From Dehalococcoidia bacterium (lineage in GTDB: Bacteria > Chloroflexota > Dehalococcoidia > Lucifugimonadales > Australimonadaceae): a stretch of DNA of 64,000 nt. The translations under genes were made by a program, and so were the position numbers. Below are positions 9,956 through 18,325 of the stretch, in pieces. The notes beneath the pieces were generated by a model. That model was not told the origin of the DNA. It worked only from the letters and a program-made list of their open reading frames with translations, and ran no database searches. The stretch spans positions 16,610-80,609 of the forward strand of contig DAOUJA010000042.1 of assembly GCA_034423175.1 (NCBI GenBank), given 5' to 3'. The first letter of the stretch is position 1. Each line of letters opens with the position of its first letter.

Positions 9956-10031
9956 TGGTGGAGCCGAGGGGACTCGAACCCCTGACCCCCTGCTTGCAAA
10001 GCAGGTGCTCTCCCAACTGAGCTACGGCCCC
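9956..10031 (-). tRNA. tRNA-Ala (anticodon TGC)
   Basis: The reverse complement GGGGCCGTAGCTCAGTTGGGAGAGCACCTGCTTTGCAAGCAGGGGGTCAGGGGTTCGAGTCCCCTCGGCTCCACCA folds as a cloverleaf. It has the G3:U70 Ala identity pair, anticodon loop TTTGCAA and an encoded CCA. Confidence 0.92.
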
Positions 10032-10074
10032 ACGCGCGCCCGGAACGGCGCTGGTTCAGGATACCATTCCGCCC

Positions 10075-11931
10075 TTACCGGGCGGGGGCTCCGGGCAGAG
10101 ACAGCCCTTCCATCGTCTCCGGCACTACGCTGAAACGCTCGAACGGCGGCATGAAGTACGCACCCGAGATCCTCCCGGCGAGCTCGGACAGCAGCTCACG
10201 GCTGAGCGCGATGCCTTCCTTGCCGCCTGCGTCTCCCCGGTACTCGGCCAGGTCGATGCGGCGCATCACGTCTTCCGGCACCACGATGCCCGGCACTTCG
10301 TTGTGCAGGAACCGCGCGTGCCGGGCGTTGCGCAGCGGCAGCACGCCCATGATCACGGGCAGCGGGAATCCCCCCAGCAGCGACCACACGCGCTCCACGT
10401 GCTCCGCGGCGTAGACCGGCTGCGTGAGCAGGAAGTGCGCCCCCGCTTTCACCTTGCGCTCCAGCACGCGGAGCTCGTTGTCCAGGTCCGGCGCATTGAA
10501 GTTCAGCGCCGCACCGATGAAGAACGACGTCGGCTGCCCGATCTCCCGTCCGTTGGCGTCGACGCCCTCGTTGAACCCCGCCATCAGCCGGATCAGGCCG
10601 GACGCCGTCACGTCGCTCACTGCGGTCGCATACGGATAGTCGCCCGTCAGTGGCACGTCGCCCATCACGGTGAACACGTTCCGCAGTCCCAGCGCGTGCG
10701 CGCCGAGCAGGTCCGAGTGCAGCGCCAGCAGGTTGCGGTGGCGGATCGCCATGTGCATCACCGTCTCTACTCCCAGCCGCGACTGCACGAGGCTTCCCGT
10801 GGCGAGGGCGCTCATCCTCCCCTGCGCGCGCGGGCTGTCCGCTACGTTCACCGCATCGACGGTCCCCGCGATGCCGCGAAGTTTGTCCAGCGTCCCGCTG
10901 ACGTCGAATCCCCGCGGCGGCGCAAGCTCCACCGTCACGACGAACTCGCCGTGGGCGATGCGCTCGGCCAGCCCCGTCGGAGGAGCGGCCGGGGTCTCAG
11001 CGCGCTGCGCCGGCGTACGGACTGGGGCGGCCGGGCGGCGTATCGAGGACTGCAAGACGCCGCGCACCGCGTCGCGGACCGCGGCCATGTGGGCAGGGGA
11101 CGTTCCGCAGCAACCCCCGATGGCCGACGCCCCAGCGCGTGCGATCTCACGCGCCGTCTCCGCGAAGTACTCCGGGGACGCCGCGTACTGCAGCCGTCCG
11201 CCAACGTAGGCGGGCAGGCCGGCGTTTGGTTGAACGATGAGTGGCACGGTTGCTGTAGCTGACATGCGCTCTACTACGCTCAGCAGCAGGTCAGGCCCCA
11301 CGCTGCAGTTGGCGCCCAGCGCGGCCAGTCCCGCGTCGTTCAACGCCGCGACGACGTCTTCCGGCGAGTCTCCGCCGGGTGTCAGGCCGTCGCCCGTGAA
11401 CGTCATCTGGGCGATGACCGGAAGCTCGGAAACGGACTGCACCGCCTCGATCGCCTGCCTGAGCTGTGTCAGCGAGGTGAACGTCTCGAGCAGGATCAGG
11501 TCCGCTCCGGCGTCCGAGAGCGCTGCGGCCTGCTCAGCGAAGACGTTCCAGGCCGACGCCGGAGAGAAGAGACCAGCCCCGGTCGCGTCGGGCGGCAGCG
11601 GGCCCATTGCCCCCGCCACCCACACATTCTGGCCGTGCAGCCGCACTGCCTCTTTCGCGATCGCAACTCCGCCGCGGTTCAGCTCTTCGACGCGCGAAGC
11701 CATCCCGTGCGCGCCGAGTTTGGCCGCGTTCGCACCGAACGTGTTCGTCTCGATGAGTTCCGCCCCCGCCTGAAGATAGGAGAGGTGCACTCCCTTTACG
11801 ACATCCGGCTGGGCGATGTTCGCCGGTTCCGGCAGGGCGGCAGTCATGCCGTGTTCGTATAACTGCGTGCCGGTGGCGCCGTCGCAGAGAAGCAGACCAC
11901 GGGATAGACGTTCGGAGAGCGATAGAACCAT
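10075..11931 (-). CDS. yitJ: bifunctional homocysteine S-methyltransferase / 5,10-methylenetetrahydrofolate reductase (YitJ-like)
   Basis: ORF trimmed to the ATG at 11931 (MVLSLSERL). N-terminal S-methyltransferase domain (LLCDGATGTQL, zinc motif GGCCGTSPAH) is followed by an MTHFR domain of about 290 aa. Same architecture as B. subtilis YitJ. Confidence 0.85.
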   Translation of the reverse strand: MVLSLSERLSRGLLLCDGATGTQLYEHGMTAALPEPANIAQPDVVKGVHLSYLQAGAELIETNTFGANAAKLGAHGMASRVEELNRGGVAIAKEAVRLHGQNVWVAGAMGPLPPDATGAGLFSPASAWNVFAEQAAALSDAGADLILLETFTSLTQLRQAIEAVQSVSELPVIAQMTFTGDGLTPGGDSPEDVVAALNDAGLAALGANCSVGPDLLLSVVERMSATATVPLIVQPNAGLPAYVGGRLQYAASPEYFAETAREIARAGASAIGGCCGTSPAHMAAVRDAVRGVLQSSIRRPAAPVRTPAQRAETPAAPPTGLAERIAHGEFVVTVELAPPRGFDVSGTLDKLRGIAGTVDAVNVADSPRAQGRMSALATGSLVQSRLGVETVMHMAIRHRNLLALHSDLLGAHALGLRNVFTVMGDVPLTGDYPYATAVSDVTASGLIRLMAGFNEGVDANGREIGQPTSFFIGAALNFNAPDLDNELRVLERKVKAGAHFLLTQPVYAAEHVERVWSLLGGFPLPVIMGVLPLRNARHARFLHNEVPGIVVPEDVMRRIDLAEYRGDAGGKEGIALSRELLSELAGRISGAYFMPPFERFSVVPETMEGLSLPGAPAR

Positions 11932-11949
11932 GGGCGGGATCCTGTCTGG

Positions 11950-11958
11950 ATTGTACCA
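11950..11958 (-). promoter_or_regulatory. candidate extended -10 promoter element (TGgTACAAT) for the yitJ-like gene
   Basis: Minus-strand TGGTACAAT lies about 20 nt upstream of the ATG at 11931 in an 82-bp divergent spacer. Sequence match only. Confidence 0.3.
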
Positions 11959-12013
11959 GTGCCCTTCTCCGCCGTTGTGCAGAGCAGGCTGGGCGGCTAT
12001 CCTGCGCCTCTCT

Positions 12014-13624
12014 ATGGCGGGCCCGGAACTCACGCTCATCAACTGGCTGCTGGCGGCATCCCCGGTAGTTCTCCTTGTCGTCGCCATCCTCTGGCTCGAT
12101 TGGAGCGCGCCGCGCGCAGGAGCCGCTGCCTGGCTGCTGGCGCTCGCGTTGGCGCTGCTCGTCTTTGGCGCGGCGCGGGACCACACGGCCATCGCAAGTG
12201 CCAAGGGACTGAGCCTCGCCGTATTCGTTCTCACCATCGTCTGGACGTCCGTCTACCTCTTTAACATGGTGGACCGCTTGAAAGGCATCGACGCCATCGG
12301 GCGCACGATGGCCGCGCTCGCCAGCGACCGCCTCGTACAGGCATTGCTGATCGGCTGGGGCTTCTCCAGCTTCATCCAGGGCATAACGGGGTTCGGCGTG
12401 CCCGTGGCCGTCTCCGCTCCGCTGCTCATCATGCTCGGCTTCCCCCCTGCCCGTGCCGCTGCGATGGCGCTTGTCGGCCACGGCTGGGCCGTGACGTTCG
12501 GCTCGATGGGGTCCTCCTACTACACCATTCAATTGGTAACCGGGATCGAGGGCGAGGTCATCGCGCCGCACATGGCGCTGCTCTTCGGGCCCATCATCGT
12601 CGCGAGCGGCATGCTGGTGGCCCACATCCAGGGCGGCCTGGGTGCGGTGCGCCGCAGCCTGCCGCTCGTGGTTGTCACCGGCGTGCTCATGGCTGTGGCG
12701 ATGTACGCCCTGGCCCGGAGTGGGGCGCCGCAGATAGCCTCCACCGTTCCGGGTGTGCTCGGCATGGTGGCGCTCGCCCTGCTCTCCCGCACGCCGCTCC
12801 TGCGGAGCGCGCCGCAAACGGAGGCCGCGCCCGAAGCCCCGCCCGCCGGAGCGTCGGACGGGCCGACCGCTCCGCCGATGCCGTTCCTCCTCGCCTTCAT
12901 GCCCTACCTCCTGCTCATCACCCTGAGCGTCATTTCCCAGATCGGCCCGGTGAAGGAGGCGGTGCGCGGCATACACTGGTCGCTCGACTACCCCGCCTTC
13001 ACAACCGCCCAGGGGTTCGCCGTTGCCGCCGCGAACGATTACGCGCCCATACGCATCCTGAACCACCCTGCCCCGCTCATCTTCTTCAGCATCGTCATCA
13101 GCGCGGTTGTCTACGTTCTCGCGAAGCGATGGCGCAGGGGCGTCGCGTGGGAAGCGATGAAGCTTACCTATGCGCAGAGCCTCAGCTCCTCCATCGGCGT
13201 GACGACCATGGTGATGATGGCCGTCGTCATGGCGGACACCGGCATGACCGTGCTCCTCGCGCAAGGCATTGCCAACGCTTCCGGCCCCATCTTCCCGTTC
13301 GTCTCCCCGTTCATCGGCCTGCTCGGCTCCTTCATGAGCGGCAGCAACACCAACTCCAACGTGATGTTCGGCCTCCTGCAACTTGAAACAGCGAAGGAAC
13401 TGGGTATCGGCACTGTCACCATCTCCAGCATCCAGTCGATCGGCGCCTCCGTCGGCAGCCCCATGGCTCCGGCCAAGGTGCTCGTGGGGGCCGCGGTCGT
13501 CGGACTCGCGGGTAAAGAGCGCGACATCTTCCGCATCGTCATCCCCTACATCCTCGGGCTCGTCGTTCTCGCCGGCATCGAGGCCATCATCATCATCGAA
13601 CTGCTGCCTGCGCTTTCGAGGTAA
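12014..13624 (+). CDS. lctP: L-lactate/glycolate permease (LctP family)
   Basis: About 536-aa polytopic membrane protein starting MAGPELTLINWLLAASPVVLL. The GFSSFIQGITGFGVPVAV and SFMSGSNTNSNVMFG blocks are typical of LctP-family permeases. Confidence 0.85.
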   Translation: MAGPELTLINWLLAASPVVLLVVAILWLDWSAPRAGAAAWLLALALALLVFGAARDHTAIASAKGLSLAVFVLTIVWTSVYLFNMVDRLKGIDAIGRTMAALASDRLVQALLIGWGFSSFIQGITGFGVPVAVSAPLLIMLGFPPARAAAMALVGHGWAVTFGSMGSSYYTIQLVTGIEGEVIAPHMALLFGPIIVASGMLVAHIQGGLGAVRRSLPLVVVTGVLMAVAMYALARSGAPQIASTVPGVLGMVALALLSRTPLLRSAPQTEAAPEAPPAGASDGPTAPPMPFLLAFMPYLLLITLSVISQIGPVKEAVRGIHWSLDYPAFTTAQGFAVAAANDYAPIRILNHPAPLIFFSIVISAVVYVLAKRWRRGVAWEAMKLTYAQSLSSSIGVTTMVMMAVVMADTGMTVLLAQGIANASGPIFPFVSPFIGLLGSFMSGSNTNSNVMFGLLQLETAKELGIGTVTISSIQSIGASVGSPMAPAKVLVGAAVVGLAGKERDIFRIVIPYILGLVVLAGIEAIIIIELLPALSR

Positions 13625-13627
13625 GCC

Positions 13628-13798
13628 ATGCTCTCAGCCGCAACCAAACGCAAACTCCGCCACGTCGTCCTTGCGGGGACCGTCGTCACCTTTCCACTGC
13701 TCTACCTTGGCCCCGTAACGCTGCAGGAACCGGCGGTAACCGTCGCCGGACTTGCGGTGGGGATCGTAACCGCCGTGCTCGCCTGGCTCGCGTTCTAG
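13628..13798 (+). CDS. small hypothetical membrane protein (56 aa, two hydrophobic segments)
   Basis: ATG lies 3 nt after the lctP stop. Translation is MLSAATKRKLRHVVLAGTVVTFPLLYLGP...GLAVGIVTAVLAWLAF. Below the 60-aa cutoff of the ORF track, and no homology was recognised. Confidence 0.3.
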   Translation: MLSAATKRKLRHVVLAGTVVTFPLLYLGPVTLQEPAVTVAGLAVGIVTAVLAWLAF

Positions 13799-13808
13799 GA
13801 AGACTTCC

Positions 13809-14588
13809 ATGACGAACCAACAACCGGGCAGAAGCGCTCAGAGCCAGTTCGGTCGACTCGCCGGGGCCTACGGCGCGAGCAGGACGCACGCCCAGGCGGG
13901 CGCGCTCGCGTCCGCCGAGTCCATGCTGGGCGACCGCCGGTACGGGACCGCCATGGACATCGGCGCGGGGCCGGGGTTCACCGCGTTCGCCGTTGCCGAC
14001 CGGTGTGACCGCGTCATCGCGACCGACGTCACCCCCGAGATGCTGGAGCAGGCACGCACCCTCCGGGGAGAGCGTGGTGCCCCGCAGACCCAACTCGTGC
14101 TCGCCGCAGCCGAGTCCCTTCCCTGCCGGGACGACAGCCTGGACCTCATCACGTGCCGCACCGCAGCGCACCACTTCCTGAACGTCGACGCGTGGTTGAG
14201 CGAGGTCTACCGCGCGCTGGCGCCCGGCGGCGAACTCATCCTCATCGACACCATCTCCCCGGACGACGCGGAAGCGACTGCCTGGATGCACGATATCGAG
14301 GTATGGCGAGACCCCTCGCACGCCCGGAACCTCACCGAGGCCGAATGGCTGGGCGCCATCGAGCGCGCAGGGCTGCGCGTCGTCGAGACCGACCTGTCTC
14401 GTGTAGACCTGGAGTACCCGGACTGGACGGAGCGCGCAGGGATGGCGGGACAAGAGGCCGCCCGGCTGGGGCAAGCGCTGCGCGACGCTCCCGGGGCCGC
14501 AGCGGAGGCGTTCGGCATCGCGCCTGACGCGGACGGGCGGATCGAGTTCTACTGGCCGGTACTGAGTGTCAAGGCCGCCAAGCCGTAG
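13809..14588 (+). CDS. class I SAM-dependent methyltransferase (Methyltransf_11-like)
   Basis: Motif I MDIGAGPGF, post-I ATDV, and a C-terminal region typical of UbiE/SmtA-like methyltransferases. Confidence 0.8.
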   Translation: MTNQQPGRSAQSQFGRLAGAYGASRTHAQAGALASAESMLGDRRYGTAMDIGAGPGFTAFAVADRCDRVIATDVTPEMLEQARTLRGERGAPQTQLVLAAAESLPCRDDSLDLITCRTAAHHFLNVDAWLSEVYRALAPGGELILIDTISPDDAEATAWMHDIEVWRDPSHARNLTEAEWLGAIERAGLRVVETDLSRVDLEYPDWTERAGMAGQEAARLGQALRDAPGAAAEAFGIAPDADGRIEFYWPVLSVKAAKP

Positions 14589-14591
14589 CTG

Positions 14592-15776
14592 CTAGTCCAC
14601 TCCGCGCAAGGCCCGCTGCGCTGCGGATACACCCGCTCCTGCCTGCGTCTCGTACCCTTGGTCGCTCATCGCCTCTTCCAGCGCGCCCAGCACCGTCAGC
14701 ACGTTGGGGACCGTGCTGTTGTGCCCCATCAGACCGATGCGCCACGCCTTGCCGGCGAGCGATCCCAGTCCGCCGCTCAACTCGATGTTGTGCCGGTCCA
14801 GCAGGAAGCGGCGCGCCTGCGCCTCGTCGACCTCCTCAGGAGATCGGACCGCGGTGAGGCTCGGCAACTGCACCTCCGGGTCTGCCACCAGGTCCAGCCC
14901 CATCGCGTACAGTCCGGCACGGAGGGCTGCCCCGTTCCTGGAATGGCGCTCCCATCGCGCCTCGATTCCCTCCTCAGCGATCAGCCGAAGCGCCTCGCGC
15001 AGCGCGTAGATCATGGAGATGGGTGCTGTGTGGTGGTACGCGCGACGGTCCCAGTAGCTGCTCAACTCGGTCAGGTCCAGATAGAAGCTCCGCACCTTGT
15101 TCGTCCGGCTCTGCAGTGTTTCCACCGCTCGCGGGCTCAACGTCAGCGGCGCAAGCCCCGGAGGCGCGCCGACGCACTTCTGCGTACAGCTGTAGCAGAC
15201 GTCCACGCCCCACTCGTCCACTCGCATCTCCACTCCGCCGAGGGAGGTCACCGCGTCCACAACCAGCAGCGCGTCCGCCTCGTGCGCGACGTCCGCGATC
15301 TCCTTGATCGACGTGGACGCACCGGTGGATGTCTCGGCGTGCACCACTCCCACTGCCTTCACCTTCCCCGCCGCCTTCATGGCCTCGCGCAGGCGGTCCG
15401 CGTCTACGGCCCCCCCCAACTCGTGCTCAACCCTGATGACGTTTGCGCCGCTGCGCTCCGCGATCTCTCCCAGCCGTTGCCCGAAGTAGCCGTTGATTCC
15501 TACCACGAACGTATCCCCCGGCTCGATGATGTTCACCATGGAGGCTTCCATCCCTGCCGTGCCGGTGCCGGAGATCGGCAGTGTCACCGGGTTCTCTGTC
15601 TGGAAGACGTACCGAAGCAGCGAGCGCACGTCGTCCATCACTGCCAGGAAGTTCGGGTCCAGATGCCCGAGGAGCGACGAGCTCATCGCCTGCAGCACTC
15701 GAGGGTGCACGTTGGACGGTCCCGCTCCCATGAGCAGCCGGTTTGGAGGCGTGAAGGCAGTGGTCACTTGCGTCAT
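14592..15776 (-). CDS. class V aminotransferase (alanine-glyoxylate / serine-pyruvate aminotransferase-like)
   Basis: Trimmed to the ATG at 15776 (MTQVTTAFTPPNRLLMGAGPSNV). PLP-Lys context YSCTQKCVGAPPG and overall AGXT-family layout. Confidence 0.85.
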   Translation of the reverse strand: MTQVTTAFTPPNRLLMGAGPSNVHPRVLQAMSSSLLGHLDPNFLAVMDDVRSLLRYVFQTENPVTLPISGTGTAGMEASMVNIIEPGDTFVVGINGYFGQRLGEIAERSGANVIRVEHELGGAVDADRLREAMKAAGKVKAVGVVHAETSTGASTSIKEIADVAHEADALLVVDAVTSLGGVEMRVDEWGVDVCYSCTQKCVGAPPGLAPLTLSPRAVETLQSRTNKVRSFYLDLTELSSYWDRRAYHHTAPISMIYALREALRLIAEEGIEARWERHSRNGAALRAGLYAMGLDLVADPEVQLPSLTAVRSPEEVDEAQARRFLLDRHNIELSGGLGSLAGKAWRIGLMGHNSTVPNVLTVLGALEEAMSDQGYETQAGAGVSAAQRALRGVD

Positions 15777-16039
15777 TGCGGCTCTCTCGACAACTGTGGA
15801 GTACGCCCGCGCAGTCCGGTTCGGGCGCGGGGCGCAGTGCATTATAGCAACAGCTTCCCCGCCGGAGTAGATTCCGGCAGCACTGCTAGCCACAGTTTGA
15901 AACTAACCTACAACATGTTGTGGCTGGTTTCGTCGTGTGTTCCCTCTCTTGAGCAACGATTGCACGCATTGCGTCGCGATGGGCTTGCGCATGGGCCCGG
16001 CCGGGCTGCATAAAGCCGATTGAATGCTAGACAAACGCA

Positions 16040-16068
16040 TTGATTGAGTCTTAGACAACGTCTAACGT
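16040..16068 (+). promoter_or_regulatory. candidate sigma-70-type promoter (TTGATT-N17-TAACGT) with embedded palindrome TTAGAC-AAC-GTCTAA upstream of rsmH
   Basis: Located in a 342-bp lower-GC spacer. Palindrome at 16051-16065. TAGACAA direct repeat at 16028-16034 and 16052-16058. Confidence 0.3.
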
Positions 16069-16118
16069 TTTCCTGCAAGTTCTCACGGAGCGGACACCCG
16101 CCGGAGCAGCATAGTGCG

Positions 16119-16991
16119 ATGCCAGCGAACGAAGGCATATACCACCAGCCCGTGATGGCCGCCCAGGTCGTCAACTGGCTCGGCGTGCGCCCTGGCGGAG
16201 CATACGTCGACTGTACGCTCGGCGACGCCGGACACGCCACCGCCATTCTGGAAGCATCCGCGCCGGATGGCCGCGTCCTCGGCCTCGACGCCGACCCGGA
16301 GGCCCTCCCGCCTGCAACCGAGCGGCTGCGCCGCTTCGGCGGACGCGCCATCCTCGTGAATGCCAACTTCGGTACTGTGGCGTCGCAGGCGCACGCCCAC
16401 GGCTTCGTACCCGCGGACGGCGTGCTGTTCGACCTCGGACTCTCCTCCCGCCAGCTCGATGCTGAAGAACGCGGCTTCAGCTTCCGGCGTTCAGCCCCGC
16501 TGGACATGCGGTTCACGCCGGAGGGACCCTCCGCGGCGGACCTCGTCAACGGACTGCCGGAGCAGGAGCTCGCCGATCTGATCTACGCCCTCGGCGAGGA
16601 GCCGCGCTCGCGACGCATAGCCCGCGCTATCGTCGCCTCCCGCCCACTGACCGACGCAACGGAGCTCGCAGATGTGGTCGCTCGCGCTTCCGGGTACCAC
16701 GGAGGCCGCACGCACCCCGCGACACGCACCTTCCAGGCGCTCCGCATGGCCACGAACGACGAGCTCGGCAACCTCCGGCGCGGTCTCAGCCAGGCCGCGT
16801 CCGTCCTGAACACCGGGGGGCGCCTCGTAACCATCGCCTACCACTCCGTCGAAGACCGGGAGGTCAAGCGCTTCGTCAATAGCGGCGAGGTCCGCCCCGT
16901 CGTGAAGCGCGTCGTCAAACCGGAAGCCCGGGAGATTGCCCGGAACAGGCGCAGCCGCAGCGCGCGGATGCGCGTGGCCGAACATACGTGA
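16119..16991 (+). CDS. rsmH: 16S rRNA (cytosine1402-N4)-methyltransferase RsmH (MraW)
   Basis: YHQPVM..., GGAYVDCTLGDAGH (SAM motif), FDLGLSSRQLD, and C-terminal NRRSRSARMR. Start chosen at the ATG at 16119. Confidence 0.88.
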   Translation: MPANEGIYHQPVMAAQVVNWLGVRPGGAYVDCTLGDAGHATAILEASAPDGRVLGLDADPEALPPATERLRRFGGRAILVNANFGTVASQAHAHGFVPADGVLFDLGLSSRQLDAEERGFSFRRSAPLDMRFTPEGPSAADLVNGLPEQELADLIYALGEEPRSRRIARAIVASRPLTDATELADVVARASGYHGGRTHPATRTFQALRMATNDELGNLRRGLSQAASVLNTGGRLVTIAYHSVEDREVKRFVNSGEVRPVVKRVVKPEAREIARNRRSRSARMRVAEHT

Positions 16992-17006
16992 GGTTAGAGA
17001 GGTCAG

Positions 17007-18209
17007 ATGACTAATACACGTGAACAACTCTATGCCGCCATCGATGTCGGTACGACCAAGGTGGTCACGCTCGTTGCGAGGGCCGGCGCCGACGGCGGTG
17101 TGGAAGTCCTGGCCAAGGGCTACGCGGCTTCCGCCGGTATGCGGAAGGGCATGGTAGTCACCCCGGATGCCATGACGGAGTGCATCCGCTTCTCCGTGCG
17201 CGAGGCAGAGAAGGCGCTCGGACGGGGACTGCCGCCGGCGATAGCCGGGGTCACCGGCAGTCACCTCCAGTCCCGGAATGTCCGCCACGGGGGCTCGGAA
17301 GAGGGCATCGTCGGCAGTGACGGTTACTTCACCCAGTCGAATATGGAAGGGATCGTGCAATCGACCACGCAGGACCACATCGGTATGCGGGTGGTCCAGA
17401 CGGTCCCGCGGTCTTCGGAAGAGTCCCACGTCGTCATGGGCGACATGGTGCCCGTGGACACGCTCCGCTCCACCCTGTCCGCAGCTGGAGTCACCATCTG
17501 CGGGATCGTGCCGGAGCACCTCGCCAGCGGCGAGGCCGTCCTCAACCCGGAAGAACGCGTGCTGGGCGTTGTCCTGGTGGACCTCGGCGGCGGCTCCACG
17601 GACGTGGTCGTCTACCGTGAAGGCTCCCCCTGGTACTCCACCAGCATCCCCATCGCGGGGCAACACTTCACGACCGACGTCGCAACAGGACTCGGCCTGC
17701 TCCCCATCGCAGCCGAACGCGCCAAGCTCGCGAACGGCTCCGTCTGGTTCGAGCATCTCTCCGAGCGGGATACCGCCCAGGTGAAGCCTGGGTTGGGCAG
17801 CAACGCCTCCTCGGTCCCTCTCAAGAAACTCAACCGGCTGCTGCATGACCGCGCCGTGGAACTCGTACGTCTCATCATGCAGCGCCTCGCCTCCAGTGGG
17901 CTCACGCACCTCCCGTCTGCCGGGATCGTACTCACGGGCGGCGGGTCAGCCCTCCCCGGGATCGAGGAGATCGTGGCGGACTACGGCAAGAGGCCCGTAC
18001 GCATAGGCACTCCCTCGCCAACGCTGGGGCTCCCGGATGACCTGATGGACCCCGCCTACTCCACCGCCGTCGGCCTGTTGCTCTGGGCGATACGTCAGCG
18101 GCACGTAGAGACGCTCGCTGAACTGAAGCAGGCACGCACACCCGGTGGTCGGTCGGGAGGATGGCTCTCGCGCTTCAAGTCGAGAGAACCGACGGGAGCG
18201 GGCGTATGA
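17007..18209 (+). CDS. ftsA: cell division protein FtsA
   Basis: Actin-fold motifs AIDVGTTKVV, VDLGGGSTDV and LTGGGSALPGI. Lies between rsmH and ftsZ. Confidence 0.9.
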   Translation: MTNTREQLYAAIDVGTTKVVTLVARAGADGGVEVLAKGYAASAGMRKGMVVTPDAMTECIRFSVREAEKALGRGLPPAIAGVTGSHLQSRNVRHGGSEEGIVGSDGYFTQSNMEGIVQSTTQDHIGMRVVQTVPRSSEESHVVMGDMVPVDTLRSTLSAAGVTICGIVPEHLASGEAVLNPEERVLGVVLVDLGGGSTDVVVYREGSPWYSTSIPIAGQHFTTDVATGLGLLPIAAERAKLANGSVWFEHLSERDTAQVKPGLGSNASSVPLKKLNRLLHDRAVELVRLIMQRLASSGLTHLPSAGIVLTGGGSALPGIEEIVADYGKRPVRIGTPSPTLGLPDDLMDPAYSTAVGLLLWAIRQRHVETLAELKQARTPGGRSGGWLSRFKSREPTGAGV

Positions 18210-18325
18210 GGCGGCCACACAGGGCATTCCCGCAGCGGGAGTAAAAGGGCAAACAAGCGGACGAGGGATCTCAGGGGAAGACAACACCAACAGTCCAACC
18301 AGGACCAGGCAAAGGGGTAACGGTT

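Noticed and set aside
9614-9985. 123-aa ORF in the DinB-tRNA-Ala gap as a genuine gene.
   Set aside because: It runs into the tRNA-Ala gene and only a short stretch (GIFPNGP) is meaningful. It is better explained as one frame of a frameshifted IS256-family transposase remnant.
11932-12013. Possible S-box/SAM riboswitch upstream of the yitJ-like gene.
   Set aside because: The spacer is only 82 bp and I could not see the conserved S-box helices or the kink-turn motif.
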